Source: Octopus vulgaris (Eukaryota). Taken from it: a DNA stretch of 64,000 nt. Within the stretch, counting starts at the first letter, position 1; every line of letters starts with the position of its first letter. The DNA lies in the NCBI GenBank assembly GCA_951406725.2, contig OX597816.1, positions 68,882,001 through 68,946,000 of the forward strand, read 5' to 3'. The translations under genes and the position numbers were made by a program. Under the pieces are notes generated by a model. That model saw nothing but the letters and a program-made list of their open reading frames with translations, searched no databases and had not been told where the DNA came from. Below are positions 58,255 to 64,000 of the stretch, piece after piece.

Positions 58255-58442
58255 ACCTATCCATTCTTGTTGCTTCATTCTCGCTTATAATCACCCCACA
58301 TTACTGTATTGTTAAATCAGTATAGTTTTTTTTGGTGCATCTAAGTTAGGTACCATATTCAAGTAAATTCATTTAAATTAACTTGAATCTTTATTGCTTT
58401 TTGTATATATATATATATATATAATATATATGTATATATATA

Positions 58443-58473
<31 letters not shown>

Positions 58474-58484
58474 TGACACAGGTG

Positions 58485-58720
58485 TCAATGAATGGTTGAA
58501 TGACCAAATCCAAGCTTCTCTGCTAGTTCCTCAACAGTTACGATGATATTTTGTTCCACCAGGGTTTTCAAGATGTCCTTGTCGAGTTCTACAGATCTTT
58601 CAGGATGAGGCTCGTCTTCTAGGCTGTAGTTTATGGCTCGGGATTTCTGGAACCACCATTGACACTGCCTTACGCTTATTGTCCAATCCCCATATACTGC
58701 ATTAATATTTCTTGTACTTT
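58485..58720 (-). mobile_element. Mariner transposase N-terminal (HTH) fragment
   Basis: INAVYGDWTISVRQCQWWFQK...LEDEPHPER..LKTLVEQN..TVEELAEKLG. Confidence 0.8.
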
Positions 58721-58937
58721 GCAGACATTTATATTCTGTTATTCTTTTATATGTTTCAGCCTTGAGGTTGTGGCCATGCTGGATCATGTGTGTCTGTGTG
58801 TGTGTGTGTGTGTGTCTGTGTGTGTGTCTATCTGTCTGTCTGTCTGTATGTATATATGTATATGTATGTGTGTGAACAATAATATTTTCAACAGATGTGT
58901 TGCAAATGTATCTGATTGTTCTCAAGCTTCAATACTG

Positions 58938-58976
<39 letters not shown>

Positions 58977-59057
58977 ATATGTATGTATGTATGTATATGT
59001 GTGTATGTATGTATGTGTGTATGTATGTATGTGTGTGTGTATGTATGTGTGTGTGTA

Positions 59058-59088
<31 letters not shown>

Positions 59089-59214
59089 ATGTATGTATGT
59101 ATGAGTGTATGTTTACTTTATTACTAATTACTCTCTTCCAAGAACATTTTCACTCACTCTTAGCTCTTAGCTTCCCATACATTTTACTCATGTATCTATC
59201 AGCGTCATAGACAG

Positions 59215-59518
59215 AATACTTTCACTTTAGGCTTCCTCAAATCACTCTGTCGCTATTTACTTTCATTTTATTCGTTGCCCACTGTGTGTGTGCGTTTGCG
59301 TAAACCAGACTAAGAAAAGCATTTGACACACACACCAGAATGTGAGTTTTCTGTAAATTTTGCTTAATTGGAGTTTAAATTTTAAAAACTGGACCTGGCA
59401 TGACGCGATGCATTGTACTCTTAAAAATGGTAGGTAAATTGTAATTGAAGAAATCCTATATTGTAGATTTGTATAACTCCCAAAGGGAGGCAGATAAAAT
59501 CTGCCTTTTATAATAAGA
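59215..59518 (-). mobile_element. Helitron 5' fragment, inverted copy of about 60010-60320
   Basis: Reverse-complement match over about 300 bp. Confidence 0.8.
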
Positions 59519-59610
59519 GATATAGATATATACATACATATATATATATAAACATACACACACATACACACACTCACACAAACACACACACACATTCATA
59601 CACACACACA

Positions 59611-59648
<38 letters not shown>

Positions 59649-59649
59649 G

Positions 59650-59990
59650 AAGGAGCATGGCTCACTGGTTAGAGCATGGAACTTACGACCGTGACGTCAG
59701 GTCGTGAGTACGAATCCCGGAACGAGCTGCGTGTTGTGTTCTTGAGCAAGACACTTTATTCTTTATTTCACCTTGCTCCGGTTCACTCAGCTGCAGAAAT
59801 GAGTTGTGACGTCACTGGTACCAGGCTGTATCGGCCCCTTTGCCTTTCCCTTGGATGACATCGGTGGCGTGGAGAGGGGAAGGTAGTATGCATGGGTGCC
59901 TGCTGGTCTTTCATAAACAACCATGTGCCGTGGAGGGTAAATGTTTAGGTGCAATCCCATGGCCATTCTAAACGGAAGTGGGTCTCCGAT
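59650..59990 (+). mobile_element. tRNA-derived SINE
   Basis: A box tggctcactgg, B box gagtacgaatcc; body shared with 62250. Confidence 0.85.
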
Positions 59991-60009
59991 GGATATATAT
60001 ATATATATA

Positions 60010-61465
60010 TCTTATTATAAAAGGCAGATTTTATCTGCCTCCCTTTGGGAGTTATAGAAATCTACAATATAGGATTTCTTCAATTACAATTTACCTAGCA
60101 TTTTTAAGAGTAGAATGCATCGGGTCATGCCAGGTCCAGTTTTTAAAATTTAAACTCCAATTAAGCAAAATTTACAGAAAACTCACATTCTGGTGTGTGT
60201 GTCAAATGCTTTTCTTAATGTGCTTTACACCACACGCACACGCACACACACAGTGTGCAACGAATAAAATGAAAGTAAATAGCGACAGAGTGATATGAGG
60301 AAGACTAAACTGAAAGTATTTAAACCACTACTCAAAAAATAAAAAAACACAGCAAACAGAAACAAATAAATACATAACGATTTACTCCTCACACAATTTC
60401 TTCAATTAGAGTGTACCCATGATTTTTCAGAGTACTTCAGTGGGTGATGCCATAAAAAATGTCTTTCAATTTTACCACCAATTAAGACAAAATTCGAAAA
60501 AACTCAATATTTTAACATTTCACTCCGAAAGCATTGATGTACATGTGTGCGTGCGTGAGTGTGTGTGTGTGTGTGTGTGTGTGTTTGATGGGTTGTGCGA
60601 CACAGAAAGTGTGGTGTGTAAGTGAAGTGCTTTTGTTAGTGTGTGTAAAGAGACAGACAGAGTGAAAGACAGAAATAAGCGCGCGTAATTGAAAGTTTTC
60701 ACTATGATATCATCACGTGCGAAAAAATTCGAAGGATTTTGAACAATTGAGATACAGATGTCACGCCTGTATTGAAACCATTGCTAAGCTGCCGTAATTG
60801 CTTAATTAAGACTTTGTTTAAATTGAAAGGGGCAAATATGTGACGACGTTGAAAAAAAATACCCCAGAAAAAAAAATGTACTGCTGGTATTTATATAATT
60901 CACTACTATTTTGCTACAATGTCATGAAAAAGAAAAAAATTAGGTATGTAAATCGAATTCGCCACCCCCTTTTCCCCGTTCGCGTTTGTGTAAAAAAAAT
61001 TATTATTTAAGTTTTAAAAATTATTTACTTTGTTCAAAAAATATTAATATTAATTAATTTTCAAGAATTATTTAATTTTATTCTGTAAAATAGTAATTAA
61101 TTCATTTATCTGTAAATCCGCGAGGTTGTTACTCAGGCACCTAGAATGGTAACCTTCAACTAACACTATCTCCTCCGAGACCCTGCGGCGCAAGTTGACC
61201 AAAATTGAGAGTATGGTAGAAGAAGGGTTGCTCTTCCTTCCGTAGAACATAAAATTCAAATCGGACCATGTTAACACCAAAAATTATTTACATCAAAAAG
61301 ATGCTTTTTTCTATGAAAATTCCTATTTTTTACGACTTTTTCACTGCTGTGTCGCCACTTTTCGGTGTATTTCGACCAGAAAAATGTTCACAAAATTTTT
61401 ACTTTTCAAAATTACAATTCCAGCGGGTCGAAACAAACCCGAGCAACACCGGGCGATACTGCTAG
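60010..61465 (+). mobile_element. Non-autonomous Helitron
   Basis: 5' TC, subterminal palindrome aggcagattttatctgcct, 3' cccgagcaacaccggg hairpin plus CTAG, between A and T. The 3' end nearly matches the 56323 element. Confidence 0.8.
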
Positions 61466-61537
61466 TATATATATATATAATCGATCTTACAACAATGAAA
61501 ATCAAAGTAATATGATGTAATGTAAAATAGTGGAGAT

Positions 61538-61544
61538 GATAATG

Positions 61545-61607
<63 letters not shown>
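61538..61607. repeat. (TAA)n microsatellite abutting the R4/Dong LINE 3' end
   Basis: Seen directly. Confidence 0.95.
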
Positions 61608-63210
61608 GTCATCTGTCATCTGTCAAGTCACAAGGACCTCAGACAGATAAACTTGTGCGCTGTGCCCAATAGGCGTACTTTTTTGCTAGACAACAATCTT
61701 GCATGGGATTTCCAGTTGCCTTAATAAGTTTTGAATTTCCAATGCGATGGAGCCCAACGATCCGATCTCCGCTACTATCACTTTTACATTACCCTCTCGC
61801 ATTACAAATAGTCTTGCCATTTCCACTTTCAGTTCAGAGTACTCGGTGACTTTTTTGAACCTCTTTACTCACAACATTCGTGTCATTTGATATAGCTACA
61901 TCAATGATCTGACAGTAGTTGTCTCTCTTATTCAATATGACGATATCCGGCCGACGGTGTCCGATTACCCGATCCGCCTGAAAATCATAATCCCAGAGTA
62001 TCCTTACTTTTCCATCCTCCTGCATAACATTAATTGGTACATACTCATACCAGTTCTCTGTTACTTCATACTGGTATTTACGGCATAAGAGCCAATGAAG
62101 ATATATACATATTTTATTGTGGCCGCGCTTGTATTCTTAATGTGCAAGGCTCTCACATCCACTTAGCAAGTGGGTCACATTTTCCGCATTCTTTCCACAG
62201 AGTCTGCATTTCTGGGTGTCAGAAGTTTTATATTATACTTCCCTGAAGTGAAGGCGCATGGCTAAGTGGTTAGAGCGTCGAGCTTACGATCTTGAGGTTG
62301 TGAGCTCGAATCCCGGACCGGGCTGCGTGTTGTGTTCTTGAGCAAGACACTTTATTTCACGTTGCTCCAGTTAACTCAGCTGTAGAAATGAGTTGCGACG
62401 TCACGAGTGCCAAGCTGAATCGGCTGCTGCCTTTCTCTTGGATAACACTGGTGGCGTGGAGAGGGGAGGCCGGTATCCAAGGGCGACTGCTGATCTTCCA
62501 TAAACCACCTTGCCCAGACTTGTGACTAGCAGGGTAACTTTCTAGGTGCAATCCCATGGTCAGTGTCGTGACCGATACTTCCCTGAATTGGTAGCGAGAG
62601 CCTGGTTGTGTGCAGCAATGATCAGGCTTTCAGTGGTACACTTCAAATCACTTCGTTCAAGCCATGCCCAGATGCTTTCAAACTGTCCATATATTTTAAT
62701 TTCAAGGCGGTCTTCTTTTCTCTTCTCCTCAGCTCTTTGGTTAAACTCCTCCTCGCCCATCATTTAATCTGCATTTACAGCAATATCTTTCGCGGCATAC
62801 TGCATCAGGTCTTTATCACTATTCATCAAATACACGACAAGCGTTCGCCTTTCACTCCTCATACAATGGTCTATACTAATTAGTCCTCTGCCACCATTCT
62901 TTCTTTTCATATACAGTCTGTTTACGTTTGCTTTAGGGGTAGCGCCCCATGCAACACCATCAACTTTCTCGTCCTTCTATCCAGTGTTAATATTTCCTCC
63001 TTAGTCCATTTACGGATGGACGCACTATATGTGGCCTCCACGACTGCCCTGATATTCATTGCGGTAATCAAACTTTTGGCATTCAGTTATGATTTCAACA
63101 CCATCTTCACCCTTTTTTCATATGCCTCGCTGACCTTGACTTTCATTTCCCTGTGTAGAATGTCATCCAGCTCCAAAATACCTAAATATATATATCCACT
63201 GCCGTCGGGT
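61608..63210 (-). mobile_element. Decayed R4/Dong-clade LINE 3' part: RT thumb, CCHC region, restriction-like endonuclease; SINE inserted
   Basis: WAWLERSDLKCTTESLIIAAHNQALATN, CRLCGK..ENVTHLLS and ILWDYDFQADRVIGHRRPDIVILNK..CQIIDVAI (PD..D nuclease). Confidence 0.88.
62250..62575 (+). mobile_element. tRNA-derived SINE inserted in the R4/Dong LINE
   Basis: A box tggctaagtgg, B box gagctcgaatcc. Flanked by atacttccctgaa on both sides (TSD-like). Confidence 0.88.
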
Positions 63211-64000
63211 TAACGGCCTAGCGAGTTATAGTTAATCCAAACATGAAAACACAAAGAGAAAACACTACAACGCGAGGAAGTGCAACAAGTATAGTGCTAT
63301 TGGGCGCTCAGGAAAGGAAAGATCCAAGGAAGGGAAGACGGAGGAAAAAAATCGCCAACGGTATACACGCGGTCACATATATAACGTATATATATATATA
63401 CTGTACAGTTAGGCCGGAAAACCGACCTGGCGGTTTCAAAGGGTTAATATTATACAGGGAACAGTAGATTTCACATACTCTCCAAATATAATTTTCTACG
63501 ACAGAAATACCAATAAAATCTCTTCCAAACCACACTCTACCGTCTTTATTAATGACATGTTAAATAGTGTAATCTAGAATTCCCTTACGCAGGGACAAGG
63601 CATGATTGTCACGGCTGGAATGCCTTTGGTCATAGGTCTTCTGAATCAAGTTTAACTCGGGGCAATACAAATTTTCTATAACACAAGTCACAACAAATGT
63701 ATTTTGATTTTAAATAGCAATACCAAATAGCTATAAGACCATGAAGAAGCGAAATTAAAAGCGAAGGAATTACACTGACTTAGGCTATTGAATTAAAATC
63801 AATATAGTATTGAGGACAGTGTCCATAATTTCAATGGCATTTGTTATGACTGAAACGATATACTGCAAAGACACCGATAGAGTACAAATAAGCATTGACG
63901 TAGACACGTTCCGCAAAATAGCTATACTAGTGTCTGCGTATATTGTTAGAGACTATCGCAAAGGCTTTTGTTAACCTTCGATATTTGAATTTATTTCTCC

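Larger units (their letters stand above)
56852..58403 (+). mobile_element. 1.4-kb near-perfect palindrome plus unique tail, in (TA)n, with hammerheads on both strands
   Basis: Arms about 56852-57560 / 57591-58284, purine-rich spacer, tail 58285-58403 homologous to 5444-5567. Confidence 0.9.

Overview
Eukaryotic, AT-rich and microsatellite-dense sequence. The tRNA-derived SINE families suggest a cephalopod, probably Octopus (inference). No host protein-coding exon could be supported; most ORFs in the track are translations of (TA)n, (TATC)n or (CA)n repeats. The window is a transposon landscape: one intact-looking DD34D mariner (51276-52568) nested in an older mariner; decayed DD36E Tc1 and DD37D maT elements; fragments of Tx1/L1, CR1, RTE and R4/Dong LINEs; Penelope-like (PLE) RT and GIY-YIG fragments; non-autonomous Helitrons; many SINEs; and one 100-N gap. 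The main non-obvious signals are: (1) type I hammerhead ribozyme motifs from several apparently unrelated non-coding families, mostly in asymmetric fold-back elements inside (TA)n tracts and often with a much elongated stem II, including a 1.4-kb palindrome with a hammerhead on each strand; (2) a 2-kb, TSD-flanked, ORF1-only (HAL1-like) Tx1-type retroelement inside a SINE that carries two insertions; (3) a bipartite non-autonomous RTE derivative whose 3' end matches a LINE fragment 32 kb away. All calls were made by eye; family names come from motif recall, not database searches.
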